Assembly (NCBI RefSeq): GCF_009914755.1 | Contig: NC_060947.1 | Length of the DNA stretch: 64,000 bases | Source: the human T2T-CHM13v2.0 reference genome, Homo sapiens | Direction: 5' to 3' (one strand) | Part shown: positions 48,018 through 63,372 of the stretch, piece after piece | Position numbering within the stretch: position 1 is the stretch's first letter | How the letters are laid out: each line of letters starts with the position of its first letter | The notes under the pieces: model-generated | Database searches by the model: none | What the model was told of the DNA's origin: nothing | The model's input: only the letters and a program-made list of their open reading frames with translations | Translations under genes and position numbers: made by a program

Positions 48018-49424
48018 TCATAATATAGAATTTTAATGCATATGTGAGACAATAATATTCTAATGTCCAGAATTACATGGAAGCCAAAATTACACTTACT
48101 ACAAAATTTGAGGAGGAAAAACCTTCTGTCTCAAAGCCTAGTATGCTTTTTACTACCCTAGGAGAGACAAGAGTCCCCCAAAACTGCTAGAAAGGGCTGG
48201 CAGGCTCTCATTCACCAGCCTGGGTAACTTGATGAGCTATTTCTCATTTGTAAACATCAGGAGAAGGTAAAAAGGATTTAAAGTGCTCTGAAAAATCTGA
48301 CACTCCATGACTTTTTCTTAGGAAAAAAATTACAAGTAATCCTATCTCTATCAAAAAAAAAAGTTAATCTGCTAATTGTACATTTCTGGACACTTAAGTT
48401 TTTACCTGAGCCACTGCTTCAACGCCTGACTCTCTCTAGGGCCTTTTCCTTGCCCCCAACATTTCTCTTTCCCGCCACCTTCCATCTTTGCAGATGTGAG
48501 CTGGACCTATGGTTTTCAAAAGAACTGGCACGTGTCTGCGCCAAGGTTATCACCAGTCATAATGCACTGAGAAAAAGGTCAACATTGTGAGTTTCCCATT
48601 AAGCTAAATTTGTTCAATTTTACACTTGGAGATTATACCCTTTCCAGTAGGAGATGGCATTTGTTTATTTTGAATGTGCATCATTAATAAAAGAAAAATC
48701 AAGCCGTCTCCCAAATTGAAAGCCTTTTTTTTTTTTTTTTGATAAATGAGCCTGTGAAATTCCAAACAGTATGAACCTCAGGGAGACATGGCTAAGGCGT
48801 GGGGAGATGAAGAGAGTGTCACTATAGGTTATGCAAAGGTAAGCTTGGTTCTAAATCAGGGCATCCTGCTGACCTCCAACTCCAACCTTCGCTTGCCACC
48901 ACCACATCCAATGACCTTTTAATGGGGCCCATCAATGTCACTCTCCAACTGCTAATCACTTTTCTCTTGCAATGAATCAAACTTTACAGGCTCCTAACCT
49001 TGGCCAAGGTTTCCAGAACATGCTTTAATGAGAGTCCATGGCTAAATAAGGATTTTGATAATTTACTTAATAAAGTGATACCAGAACAAAATACTTAATA
49101 AAATGTCGTGTGTCCATAATGCTTTTAATGTGACAAAGGGATGCCTGAGCACAATTTTCTGGTAGACTGTACATTCCTCTGGATATTTGCAAGTAAAACG
49201 GAAGCCATAACTGGGCTCTGCCAATCCATGAGCCCACAGCCAGGGGACAGGGGGAGGGGGGCACCTCAAGCCAAATAAATGCCATGTGAGATCTGAGAGC
49301 TGAACATCACCTGTTCCCTTGCTTCCACATTCATTTTCAGTTCAGAGACCTCTGTGGTGTATACTGTGGATGCAGCAAAGGTCACTATATAAGTCTCTTT
49401 GTTCTATGAGACTACTTTGAATCC

Positions 49425-49474
49425 ACTGGGTGTACCTCCAGATTTGCATTCTTAAATCTGTAGGTACACCCAGT
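49425..49474. repeat. Inverted repeat: 21-bp arms (1 mismatch), 8-nt loop
   Basis: actgggtgtacctccagattt / gcattctt / aaatctgtaggtacacccagt. Confidence 0.95.
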
Positions 49475-50441
49475 ACCTCCAGAATACGGCACTAGAATAC
49501 GGTCTCAGCATGTAGCAAACATAGAGGCACTCAAGCCATCAGACTGAATGATGAACGAGAGCGCTGGCCACAGAGATGCAGGCGACCACATTACCAGGGG
49601 AGGCAGGACATGCTGACTCTGCACATAGGTGAGCATTTGGGGCTGCCTGCAAGTCCACACAGCTACTAGCCTCTGTGACCCTCTCCAAGCCAACAGCCAT
49701 CTGAATTGATGCTCCCTAAATGTCCCTCCACCTCTCTCAGGTCAGCTATTTTGCAGGCTGGTGGGTATAGAGCACTTGGGTAGGACAGTACTAATTTGCT
49801 CTCTGTATATTGGAATAATTCATACCACCAAATGCACTGCTGCAGTGAGGTTCTGCAACATTTGCCATCATGTCCCCACTTTGACGTAATCTCCCCCTGT
49901 TTCTATAGCATTTGTGAGGCTTTTCCTACAGGCACTTTCAATGTTTACTGAGTTTGCGCTTATGGGATGTTATGGGGTAAAAGATGTTCGTGAAGACCCT
50001 CATAACTAAGCACAAACCCAGCCACCGTGATGGACCACCAAAGGCCAGCAGGACCGCCCTGTGCAAGGTGCACAGGCAGAGGTGAGCACCTCGGTTCTGG
50101 TGAGGATCAACATCTTTGACTGAGAAAGTCTAAGTGGAGATGCTCATTTTACACCCAAGATCAGGCCCTTCAAAGGGCCCTGAAGGACCATCTCCTGTAG
50201 GACTGGAGGATGCCTTTCGAAATGAGTGCTGGTTGCCAACTTGACCTTGTTTCCTCAGCAGCACACCTCCACTGTGAGCCTGAGAGGCTGGGAACCAGGG
50301 GAGGGCTCAAGGGCGATGCAGGGAGAAGGCCATCCACAGAAGCTGTTCTGAATTAGCTACGCCTCTGTAAGTTCGAGGAAGGAACCCAAAATGCTCAGAG
50401 GATTGCCTGGGTTAAAAACCCATCAATCAGAAGCGCAACCT

Positions 50442-50452
50442 GTTTCACTTCC
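50442..50452 (-). promoter_or_regulatory. Ets-IRF composite element (EICE) GGAAGTGAAAC
   Basis: Perfect GGAAnnGAAA consensus with purine-rich 5' flank (AAAGGAAGTGAAAC); motif only. Confidence 0.45.
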
Positions 50453-51679
50453 TTTGTATAAAGCGTTTGACCCTCAGCACAATCTCTTTTGCTTTCTGTC
50501 ATCACACTTGAGAAATGTATAGTGCTTTTCAGCTACTCCTGACAAAAATTTAAGTTTGATCACGATTTGTGTCCCTAGATAGGGACCGGAGCTGCACACG
50601 TCCACACATGGGCACCGCAGCCCGTCATATGCAGACTTGACTGTAGACCAGTAGCAACCGTATCTCCTGTTCTTCAGCACAGGTAACATCAACCATGTCC
50701 TTGGTCCCAAAGGCTGTGTCTGAAGGTTGCCAGTAAGGAGACAGTGTCTGTAGGAGCCAGCCGTGGCTCTTCAGTGAAAGTTCTCATGTCTGAGCAACTA
50801 ATCCCGAGAGAGCTGGAAGGCGCGGCTGTTGTTCACACACACGCTCAGCCAGTAGTCAATCTGGAACACTCCAAGTGTCATTCATGGGTTTTTGTTTTTT
50901 TTTAATGGCAGGCAGGACACAGTATATCTTGTTTTATTGAACCTGAGCAATTGCTCAATGATCTGACATGCTGCAAGGACCAATAACTGGCTCTCTGGCT
51001 CCAAAAGGGGAAGTTTAAAATATGTATTTTAAAAACAGGACAGAAAAACCAATAGCCCCAAGTCAGGAGATCTGAATTTTTCCTCAAAATTTGTATGAGA
51101 AACCCTTAGAAGTGATTTATTATCATGAAAGGTAGAAATTGCAAAATAAGGTAAGAATGTAATCACTTGTTTGTAGACATTTGGTGTCACATTCACAAAA
51201 ATGTTGTGTTAATGGTCGCTATTACAATTGCTCTCTCTTGCTCTCCTGTATAACTTTACCATACAGAGTACAGATTTAGAACTTAGTATTGATCAAATTT
51301 GTTATTGTCCTTTTATGTAATACCCGTTTAAACACTGGGTAGTTGATCTTTGGCAAATATCTAATCACAAATCCAATACTCTTTCTATTTGAAATCAGAC
51401 TCAAATGGTATCATTTCACTTGCTGCAAGCCTTAAGATGGCCCCTCTCCCCTCTCTTCTCTCGCCTCTCTCTCTCTCTCCCCCCCCTTCCTCTTTCTCTC
51501 TCACAAAGGTCACAGTCATGTCCTTGGTTGATGTTTAATTACTTCAAATATAATTACTTTTTTGTATATGAAATATTTTCAAACTAGGTTTTATAGAGAT
51601 TCTCAGGAAATGAGACAGGCCACTCCAGGGAACACAAGTTGCACTTGCAGGGGAAGCCTGTCCTCTTCCTGTTCCTAAC

Positions 51680-51905
51680 ACAGACTGGGCTCTCTGGGCC
51701 TCGGTGCTATTGACATTTGGGGCTGGGTCATTCTTTGTTGTCTGTGGGGGCTATCCTACACACTGGTGGATGGTTAGCAGCATCCTTGGCCTCTATCCAC
51801 TAGATGCCAGTAGCATCTCCACCCCCACCCCTATGATGTGACAGTCAAAAATGTCTCCAGACATTGCCAAATGTCCCCTTGGGGAGAGCAGTTGAGAAAT
51901 GCTGA
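51680..51905. mobile_element. MER20-like DNA transposon
   Basis: ctattgacatttggggctgg...ccactagatgccagtagca...aaaaatgtctccagacattgccaaatgtcccc. Confidence 0.8.
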
Positions 51906-51916
51906 TGTGGACCTAG

Positions 51917-52289
<373 letters not shown>

Positions 52290-52835
52290 TAGCCAGATAA
52301 TCTTGCTCAGTTTCCCCAGCTTGCTTTCTTCCCTGTTCCTTCACTGTAAAAACATGAGTCATTACACATCCTTCATAGGGCTATGGACGGTGAGAAAAAA
52401 ATAGACAAAACATTTAGTGGGCACCCAGTGAATATTAGTTCTTTCTTTCCTTACTCTTGCTTGCTCTCACTGCTCTTATTTCAACACTAGAACCTCAGGA
52501 CGATGGAAGAGGGGAGATGAAGGGGGAGGGTTTGTTCTCCACTATATTAGCAGAATGATTCTAACACAAGGATATTCCACACACAGCTCCTGTACTCACA
52601 CTGTACCTCAACGAGGATTAAAAGTTATAAAGGCATGTTCTACCCCAAACATGCTTACAAAACACTCTTAATCCTTTCTAACGCTTTGGGATTATTGTTT
52701 CACCAGGGTTGTAATCAGCTACAGATCAAAGTCCAGGTGGACCTTGATTTTTTAAAATGGTGTACAACAATACACACATTTAACACCCTAAGGGGACGTT
52801 TTACATTACAAAATGATTACTAGGTTTTGGAGACC

Positions 52836-53057
<222 letters not shown>

Positions 53058-53994
53058 TACCATTAACTTGAGAAGATATAGCCTTCTAGGATTAATGTCT
53101 CTGTGGCAAAGAGAGAGAGAAAACCAAACCTCAGTACTCTATTTCTGGGCTCCCAAATATATGCAACTGTGCTTAGTTTCCACAGCATGAAAAGCTTCTA
53201 TAGGTGAACCCGCCCCCCCATCAATACCCCCAATATTTCCACACTAGCTCATCAGACTGAAAAACATGTGATTCATATTTTCATGATAGCGATCATAGAC
53301 ATCTCCAGACCCAAAGAATGCAAAGGTCAAAGGTGAATGCTCTTAGCAAGCAAGACAGATTATCCTGTATATTCTGGAGGAGGGAGAATACCTCCCTTCC
53401 TATTGACATGAGGGAGGTGACAAGACAGCCTCCTGAGGTCGCACATGACCTTCACCAACCAGCCACCCTGGCTTAAAACAGGGCCCAAATACGAAACTGC
53501 GGTGGTAGAACCGGAACTTAGGCTCATTCTGACAATCCCCTTTCATTCACAGCCAATTACTGCTCTGCTCTGCTCTGCCTGCACTTTAAGCAGAACAAAA
53601 GCTACAGCAGGCCAGAGTTTCTGTTATTGCATCAGCCCAAGCTATCAGGTTATGCTTCCTGACTGGGCTTCTCAAGGGCTGAGGATGTAAACGAGCTTGT
53701 GGAAACAGGGGAAGTACTTTTGGCATTAACAGTCACAGTCACACATCCTAGCCCCAAGCCTGCATGAGATCAGACCAGAGACTGCAGGTCAGCAGTTGCA
53801 AAGATGCAACTCTATCAGCAGATTCAGAGGAAAACAGCACCCAAACAGAGGGACAGCAGCAGGAGAGCAGAATGCTCATGTTGAGAGCTCTAGTGCTCTT
53901 ACAAGGCCTGCCAACCATCGCACATCTGTTTCTAAAGTGAGTGGCCCAAGCAGATGATGCTGGAAAGCTATCTTCCATGTCAAATCAATCCCTG

Positions 53995-54715
<721 letters not shown>

Positions 54716-54807
54716 TAAAATTCAGCCTTCTATATTATGTAGAATACGAGAGAATGCTAACTTATGACCTTGATAGGTACAAACAGAAGATGTAAAGCTA
54801 AAAAAAA

Positions 54808-55202
54808 TTTATACTATTTGGCCATAAAAACGAGATCCTATCATTTGCAACAACATGGATGGAACTGAAGATCATTATGTTAAGTGAAATAAACCAGGTG
54901 CAGAAAGAGAAACATTGCATGTTCTCACTTATTTGTGGGATCTAAAAATCAAAGCAATTGAACTCATGGCGGTAGAGAGCAGAAGGATGATTACCAGAGG
55001 CTGGGAAGGGTAGTACAGGGCTGGGGTGGGGAGGCGGTGGGGATGGTTAATAGGTACAAAAAATATAGTTAGAAAGAATGAATAAGACCTACTATTTGAT
55101 AGCACAATAGCATCTCTATAGTCAATAATAATTTAATTGTATATTTTAAAATAGTGTAATTGGACTGTTTATAACTCAAAGGATAAATGCTTAAGTGGAT
55201 GG
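54808..55202 (+). mobile_element. L1MA-like 3' fragment
   Basis: tcatttgcaacaacatggatggaactg...gaatgaataagacctactatttgatagcacaa...ggataaatgctt. Confidence 0.8.
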
Positions 55203-56010
55203 GGAAAAATATGTTGAAATGAAGACTTGCACATGGTTGCAAGTTTTTCTTAAAGCAGGTCATTTTCCTCTTCCCAAGAAATGTGATAGCCTGTTGCTAA
55301 ACAATATGATTATTTTTATATATTTCTATCATTAAATGGCCTTTATGTCAAAAAATAAAATAAAATAATAAGAAAAAATTAGTCCCTGAATCTGGACTTC
55401 TTAAAAGGGTTGTCACCCAGGTCAGACCACTAGTGGCCTTAACAGCACACCGGTGGCCTCACACCCACTCACGTACACCTCCAAAAGGACCTCTGACTTT
55501 TATTTACCCAGAGAGACTGTAGCTCCCTCCCATTTATCACATGGTGGTATCCTGACCTTGGGAAAACTCACTCATGTTCTGAACTAAGTGGCAATTACCA
55601 TACCAAAGCTCATTTGAAACTCAGTCAAAAGTGCTGTATCAACAATGAACCCTGCCATCTCACATTTGCATCCATCCACCTTTTTACACAAAATACACAA
55701 ATCACTGGAAACTGTGAACATAAGGGCTAATGCCCACTTTTTACAAAAAGGCTTATTCATCATTTCTTTTCATTAGATCTTGTAAGGAATTTCTCCTAGG
55801 GAGGGGAAAGGTCCCAGGCATTGTGTTTTAATGTGGAAAGCACCATCATTTCCCTTCTTTACAAAACTGTAACACCTAAAGCCAAGCAAGGGTGCCAGCC
55901 TGGCATTTCAATGGCTTTATTACTTCTCATCATGCTGGTTGAAGGCAAGCCAGGCTCTGAGGTTCTTTACTAACTCTGCAAAGAGAAGCGAGAACACTGT
56001 CCTTACTCAC

Positions 56011-56096
56011 CAATGTCATTGCTGCGGTCCGAGAGATCTTTGTCCAGGATGCCAGATAGCGAACTGCCGGCCAAGTCAATCTTTGGACTGTCACCC
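56011..56096 (-). CDS. SH3KBP1: SH3KBP1 exon, 86 nt, (R)[28 protein letters not shown](D)
   Basis: tttttaatgtag|G...G|gtgagt; phase 2 to phase 1, joins the 36968 exon in frame. Upstream exons lie beyond the window. Confidence 0.95.
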
Positions 56097-57584
56097 CTAC
56101 ATTAAAAACACAAGCCCAGACATTTAATAATTGGTGTGTGTCCTTGTCATTCTGTCAGTTTTCTTGCTGCACACGTTAAGGAGTGTGCTGGTGTGGAGTG
56201 GATGGCACTGTTGCCTGTGAGGGAGCCAGAGAACCAACGAGCTGTCTAGCCACATGAGATGGGGTGCAGACCAGCTGACAGGCTGGATGCGTCCCTCTCC
56301 AGCACACGTTTTCAAAAATGGCTATTTTAATAATGACTGTTCGCCCATGTACTTCCAGCCACAAACCCTCCTGCTGGGTACACAGGGTGCAGTATAGGGC
56401 CTGCTCCTGCCCTGCGGCCAAATAAACACTGGCTAATGATAACTGGGAGCTTTCCTTTTAAGGAACAAGGAATTTAGCCAATGCTGCTTGTCAAAGGTCA
56501 GCTACTTTCAACCTTGAGAAAAAGGTTTTCTGGCCTGGGGTTGTGGCATCAGCCAGGCTGTTGAAAGGCACAAGGTGTCGAGTTGAGATCTGGCGGCCTG
56601 AATGCTGGTGCTGGGGCTCAGGCCTGTAACATTAGACGGCTCCTGGATGGGTGCCCCATGCTCATCAGGACACGAATGACTTCCCTCTGTATCTGGGCTA
56701 GGAGCAGCTCTATGGGATGGGAACAGGCCTCCAAGATGACGAGAGAAACCTAGCCTTCTCATGCACAAACAGAAGGTTCCTCCAAATTACTCCACAAGAC
56801 AGCTCTTTGCACCCTTTTGGGGGGATGAGTCACAAACGAGTTTATCCAAGGGCTATGAGAGCGGTGAAATAGGAAAAGATCCTTGCCCATAAAATGAGAG
56901 AGAGAAGCTGAGCAGTTGTTCCCAGCAAAGTAACAGAAATAGTCCATCTCACCGCCCCGAAGGCCACCATGGCCTGAAGTTACACCTCACAATGAGTAGT
57001 ACCAGATTTAGTCAACAAGCACTTGTCATGTGCCACTTGTGCTGTGGGTATTCAGAGGTGTGCCTACTCTGGAATGGCTTGTGGTCTAAATGGGAGAGAC
57101 AGCCAGCCAGCCACAGGTACACATGGCCTAGGCTATAAGACGCAGGTGTCACAGTCCTATTAGAAGAAAGGAGTGGGTCAGTGCAGGAGATCTGTGAGGC
57201 AGAGGGTAGTGGGCAAGGAGGTGGTGTTACACTTGAGCCTTGGAGGAAAAGGGAGAGAGGACATATTCCTAAGAGGTGTGACTGAGCAATGACTCCAGTG
57301 TAGGTGAGAGTGCCAGTGTGGCCAAGTCCCCCGGGACCAAAGCCTGAAGTCCTCAGAGAGAAGTGACAGGACAAAGGCTGGCAAGGTTGGTGAACACCTG
57401 ACTGCTGGGCCGGATACTACAGGGCTTGTTTTGTCTGGGAGGCAATGAGGGGCCGAGGGACGGTTGTAGCAGGAGACCTGTATACCTGGAGGTCAGGTCA
57501 GGGCAGGTGCTGTGGGTAAACTCCAAACCAGGGAGCTGACAGGACAGACTGCTGCGTTTTTCACTCAAAGAATGGGTGGTGAGC

Positions 57585-57870
57585 AGGGCACGGTGGCTCA
57601 CATCTATAATCCCAACACTTTGGGAGGCAGAGATGGGAGCATTACTTGGGCCCAGGAGTTTGGGACCAGCCTGGGCAATGTGGTGAAAACCCATCTCTAC
57701 AAAAAATACTAAAATTAGCCAGGTGTGGTGGTGCACGCCTGTGGTCCCAGCTACTTGGGAGGCTGAGGCAGGAAGATCACCTGAGCCCAGGGAAGTTGAG
57801 GCTTCAGTGAGCCGTGATCGTGCCACTGCACTCCAGCCTGTGTGACAGAGTGAGATCCTGTTTCAAAAAA
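57585..57870 (+). mobile_element. AluJ-like
   Basis: Sense dimer. Confidence 0.9.
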
Positions 57871-59084
57871 GGGAGTGTTTGTGGGCGCATTTGGCACAAC
57901 ATGCATATTTTTGTGATGGGAGAAAAGGACCAATGGAAGGAGGTGAGTCCTCCTCAACTCCCAAGCAAAAAACACTGCCTCTTAACCTCAAGCATCCTCC
58001 ACCGCAGGAGGGGCAGGGGTAAGAATACCAGGGACCAGGCCTAGGCCTAATGGCTTGGCCTCCACTAAGAGAAAATACAGCTCCAAGACTGTCCTGGGAG
58101 TGTGTGCTATGATGCTGGCTGGGCCCTTCCAAGCTAGGCTGAAATAGAAGTTCAGGTAGAGCATGAACTCCTGTACTTGGAAAGGAGAAGCAGCTTAGGC
58201 TTCAGAGAAGGACCTTTATTTCCTGCCTCACCCTAACTTCCTAAGGCTGTGGGCTCCCCTAGGCTAGGTTTCCACAGCAGACTCCCTCTCCGTCCCCTGG
58301 CTACCCAAGCTTGGGCCCCACCAGGGCCATTGCCTCAGACTGATCCCGAGCCAACAGAAAGGGCAGGATGGAGGACATTTATTTCAAAACATTTCACTGT
58401 CAGGGCCCCAGCACCCACTAATTTGAAGGTAACCTGAATGAAATGTTTCAGAAATGCAGAATTATTAGCAGAAATGCATTTTCATTTTTAAGAGTTTTCC
58501 CCAGATATAAAGAAATACATTCCTGGGGACCCTTAAACATCATTACCTGGGATCCACAGATCCCAGAAGGATTGGGTGCTGCCATCCTTCAAAATAACAG
58601 ACTAAACACAAATTATACTCACAACCAGACAGCTCTGTCCTTTTTGAAACACACCAAAGATCAAAACTTATAAGACCACATGTCCTGCCCAGGAGAAAGA
58701 GAGCACTCAGGCAGTGAGTTTAGTGAACTCTACTTGGCTTTTTTTTTTTTTTCCAGTCAAGAGGGAAAGATGGTTTGAGGTGATACCCTGTGGGCAGCTG
58801 GGGTTAAGTCAGAGGGGCTGCTGGCAGAAAGATGAAGTTTTGCTCATGAGTTAATCACATGTATCTCAGAACAGCTCAGCAGTTTCTGAACATGTGGCTT
58901 ATTTGTGTATTATGGTAACTGTCAATCTGGGAGCTGCTGTTTCCCTCTGCGATTTGACAGCTGGAAGCTTCCAATCAAATGTGAGCCCGTCTCCAGAAAC
59001 TTTAGAGGACCCTATTGTGCATTACTATGCTTTATTACTTTACTGCTCTTATTTTCCTTTTATTGTCATTCTCAACTATTCTTT

Positions 59085-59435
59085 TATATATATAAAGTAC
59101 ATATATATGTTATATATAGTACATATGTTATATATAGTACATATATATGTTATATAGAGTACATATATGTTATATAGAGTATATGTTATATATAGTCATA
59201 TATGTTATATATAGTACATATGTTATATAGTACATATATATGTTATATATAGTACATATATATGTATATATAGTACATATATGTTATATATAGTACATAC
59301 ATATGTTATATATAGTACATACATGTTATATAGTACATATATGTTATATAGTACATGTTATATATAGTACATATATACTATATATAGTACATATATGTTA
59401 TATATAGTACATATATATGTCACATATATGTACTC
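59085..59435. repeat. AT-rich minisatellite (unit about TATATAGTACATATATGTTA) followed by (TC)n
   Basis: Directly visible imperfect tandem array. Confidence 0.93.
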
Positions 59436-59472
59436 TCTCTCTCTCTCTGTCTATATATAAAAGAGTAAAATG

Positions 59473-59562
59473 TTTTTGTTTTTTTAAGACATGGTCTCAT
59501 TCTGTCGCCCAGGCTGGAGTGCAGTGGCGTGATCTCGGCTCACTGCAACCTCCACCTCCCAA
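59473..59562 (-). mobile_element. Alu right-arm fragment
   Basis: gtcgcccaggctggagtgcagtggcgtgatctcggctcactgcaacctcc. Confidence 0.85.
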
Positions 59563-60102
59563 ATGGATTTTATGCATCAGTGTGTTTTTCACAGTGTTAT
59601 TTGTAATGAAGAAAAACTGAAAAGAACTAGAATCTTTCATAAATAGGAAAACACTTGAATAAACTATGATATTTGATGGACTTTTATATAGCCATCTGAA
59701 CGATGTTTATAAATGGCTTATACTAACAAGAATGAATGCTTACGTTGCAATGTTAAGGGACAAAGGCAGGTTAAAAACAACACACACAGCAGCACACATA
59801 TACCCACGTGCCCTCCTGACATATTAGGAAGAGCGATTTTAAGACTGGAAGAAAATTTACAGTGGTTATTCCTGGGTAGTCTGATGGGTGATTTCCACCA
59901 CCCAGTTCAGTAGCTGGAACATGGCAGGGACTCAAAAAACATCTGTGGAACTAGTGAACATTTGCCAGATTTTCTGAAATGAGAATGCATTATGTATTTG
60001 TACAATAAATGCACTTTTCCCTCAATATCTGAAGTTGTATGCTGTTCAGTATGATCACATCTACGGAAAACTGGTGAAAAACAAACAAAATCATATATAT
60101 AG

Positions 60103-60494
<392 letters not shown>

Positions 60495-61334
60495 TAAAGT
60501 TTACTCTTAATAATAGCAACTAGAGGCTTATCTAATTCAGGCAGCTCATGTTCTCTCTCCTTTCTCTCCAATAGTATTACCAAGGTAAAAGCTGAGATTG
60601 CCTGGATCCTGCCTCACAAACTCTCCTTTAAGAACCACCCAGGCAGTAGGTGGCCCACGAGGTCATCTCTCCCGGGAACTGGTTTGCAGGCCAGGGGTGG
60701 AGTTATGAACCCTAGACTTAAAAATCCAGGCCAGGTGTGCTACATCTAAACCTGCTGTTCATCACCCGTGTGACCTTGGCCGGGTTACTTAACCTCTCTG
60801 GAACTTGAGTGCTTCATCAACAAAATGACTGGTGGGCTAGCTTCAACAGGATCACCTCCGAGAGGCGTTCTATCTAGAGCTCCTGTTCCATAATTTCAAC
60901 ATCAGAGAAATGTTGGAGTCTGGGGTGGGCTTGGAGTGGAGATGGTCCTGTGAGTTGTGGCAAATTCTGGGACATTTCATCATCTCCTTTGACTCCAAAT
61001 TTCATGTCTCTGGCCAATGTTGTGAATTCCTTCCCTTCCCACTTGACTTGAGCAAATGTAACTCACCCTTTTAGCACTCAGAGATCCATCTCTCTTCCTC
61101 GTGTTTCCTGCAACACACCCCTGTATCGCAACCCTTATCACAGCACTTCATATTTATATATGTACCCAGTAATCTTCCCCACTTATTCTTCAGAATGGGA
61201 TTTTGTCACTTTTGTTTCCTCCTAGTACAATGCTTTATACATTTATGTATGCCAAAAAGTGTTTAACTAAATGAATAAGCAAACATTGTGATTTTTCTGG
61301 GCCTTGTACACGTTAGGAAATAACCTGTGGATAA

Positions 61335-61950
61335 GTTATATTCTTGATATAGTGTGGATGACTTATAAACAACAGAAATTTATTTCTTACAGTTCTGGAG
61401 GCTGGGAAGTCCAAGGTCAAGATGTCAGCAGATTCTGTCTGGTGAGGACCCAGCTTCCTTCTCGCTGTGCCCTCACGTGGTGGAAGGGAGAGGGGTTTCT
61501 TTTATAAAGGCATTAATCCCATTCATGAGGGCTTTGCCCCAATGACCTAATCACTTCTCAAAGGCCCCACCTCTTATTCTGTCACCTTGGGAGTGAGGAT
61601 TTCGACACATCAATTTGTGGGAGGGGGAGGTATAAACATTCAGACCACAGACTTGAGTATAGTGTCAACGCTTTTTAAACAAAAAAATTCTTGCAGATCC
61701 CCATGTATATGTCTGTTATGGACTAAATTGTGTCCTCTCAAAATTTATATGTTGAAGTTGAAACCCCTCAATACCTCAAAATGTGACTGTATTTAGAGAT
61801 GGGCCTTTTAAAGAGGTGATTAAGTTAAAATGAGGCTGTTAGAAGAGGCCTCAGAAGAAACAAACCCTGCAGCTACCTTGATCTTAGACTTCTAACCTCT
61901 ACAACTGTGAGGAAATAAATTCTGTTGGTTAAGCCACTCAGACTAATACA
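61335..61950. mobile_element. MaLR LTR remnants (MLT1/MST-like), two pieces at about 61335-61650 and 61715-61950
   Basis: aaacaacagaaatttatttcttacagttctggaggctgggaagtccaag; tgttatggactaaattgtgtcc...aactgtgaggaaataaatttctgttg. Confidence 0.75.
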
Positions 61951-63372
61951 ACATCCCTGTTTGAGAAACCATAAGAAACAAAAAACAGCCAACGACAACG
62001 GCTATCAGTGGAAAACTGTTGCCACAAGGGCATTTTGTCTTTGCAACTGTTAAAATTATAAAGAATACCACACAAATGAAAAACAAAGGTGCAAATTGCT
62101 TGTAGCTACTAGACGCTCTATCCCCAGTTTTAGGAGCATTGTTCTAATGGCACTGGATAAAAGGAAAAAACTATTATGCTCCAAAGTTGGCCAAGGTAGC
62201 TGTCCCTCAAGTGGCATTTAGTGTGACCTGGGGTGAACCCTTGTCAGGGAGGGGCTTCTGACTCAGGAGAGTGTTTTACATCTCTGGGATTTGCCTGCAG
62301 GCCCCTTACAGATGGTCGGATAGCCTGAACCACAAGGGACCATCCTGAAGAAATAGGAACTAATCATCCCTGAGCCACTCCTCCCCAGATTCTAAAGCAC
62401 CAGCCACATGTTGATAGGAAGGAGAGTGGGATCTCTCCAGTCTCTCCAACTGAGCCCTGATCCCTCATGCCAAGCACCAGACACAGGCTTAAGTTGAAAT
62501 GATCTTCGACACAGGACCAGAAGCAAACCTATTTTGAAAACACAGTAGGTGAAGTTTAAAAAAGGTTCTGATCCTTCCAAGTAGGGAAGCTGCAGCTGGT
62601 GTTTTGACAGTGTTCAGACTGTGGGTGTGCAAGCATTTTACAATGTCTATTTGGAAATGCCTTTCACTGTATTTATAGACTCTTAGAACAATGCTAATGA
62701 ATTTCAGTTCTGAAAAATACCAAAATTTCTGAAATTCTGTGAAGCATGTGTCTGGAGTGGCTGACACCCAATGAGGATGCAGCCCCTCAGTGGTCCCTGT
62801 TCTCCCCAGTCTGCCCAGCATGTGGGTACCATTTGGCAAAAGGGATGTTATTAAATTCAGAGAAAAAGGAAAAAGCCCATCCTTTTGTAATTTGCAAGCT
62901 CCTGCAAGTGTTTCTGTCTGGTGAGTTTCTATGCCTACAGCTGTTAACTAAAAGGAGAACATAAGAGAAGTCAGGAGATACTACCATATATCCAAAGACA
63001 TCAGAAGAAAGTTGCCCTTACTTGTTTCTGATTTTTAAATCAAAGTAATGCAATGTTCTTATATTTTACCTAGCAGTTTTCGTTATGGACACTTAGGACA
63101 CATGACTTGGATAGGCAAGTACTGGCTAAAAGTCTCCTTGTTTTACTAAAGCAGGAACCTAAATCACAGAGAAGAGACTGACGAGCCCAAGCACCACACC
63201 AGGTATAAGTAGAACCTATGATCCCATAGAAATAACAGCAGCTCACCCCCTTTGAGAATGAAAAAAGAAAAAGAAAAAAGAAACAACAGCAACAGCTACT
63301 GTTTACTGAATGCCTACCATGTGCCAGGCACTAGAATAAGCACTTAAAAAAAAAAGAAAAGAAAAGAAAGAA

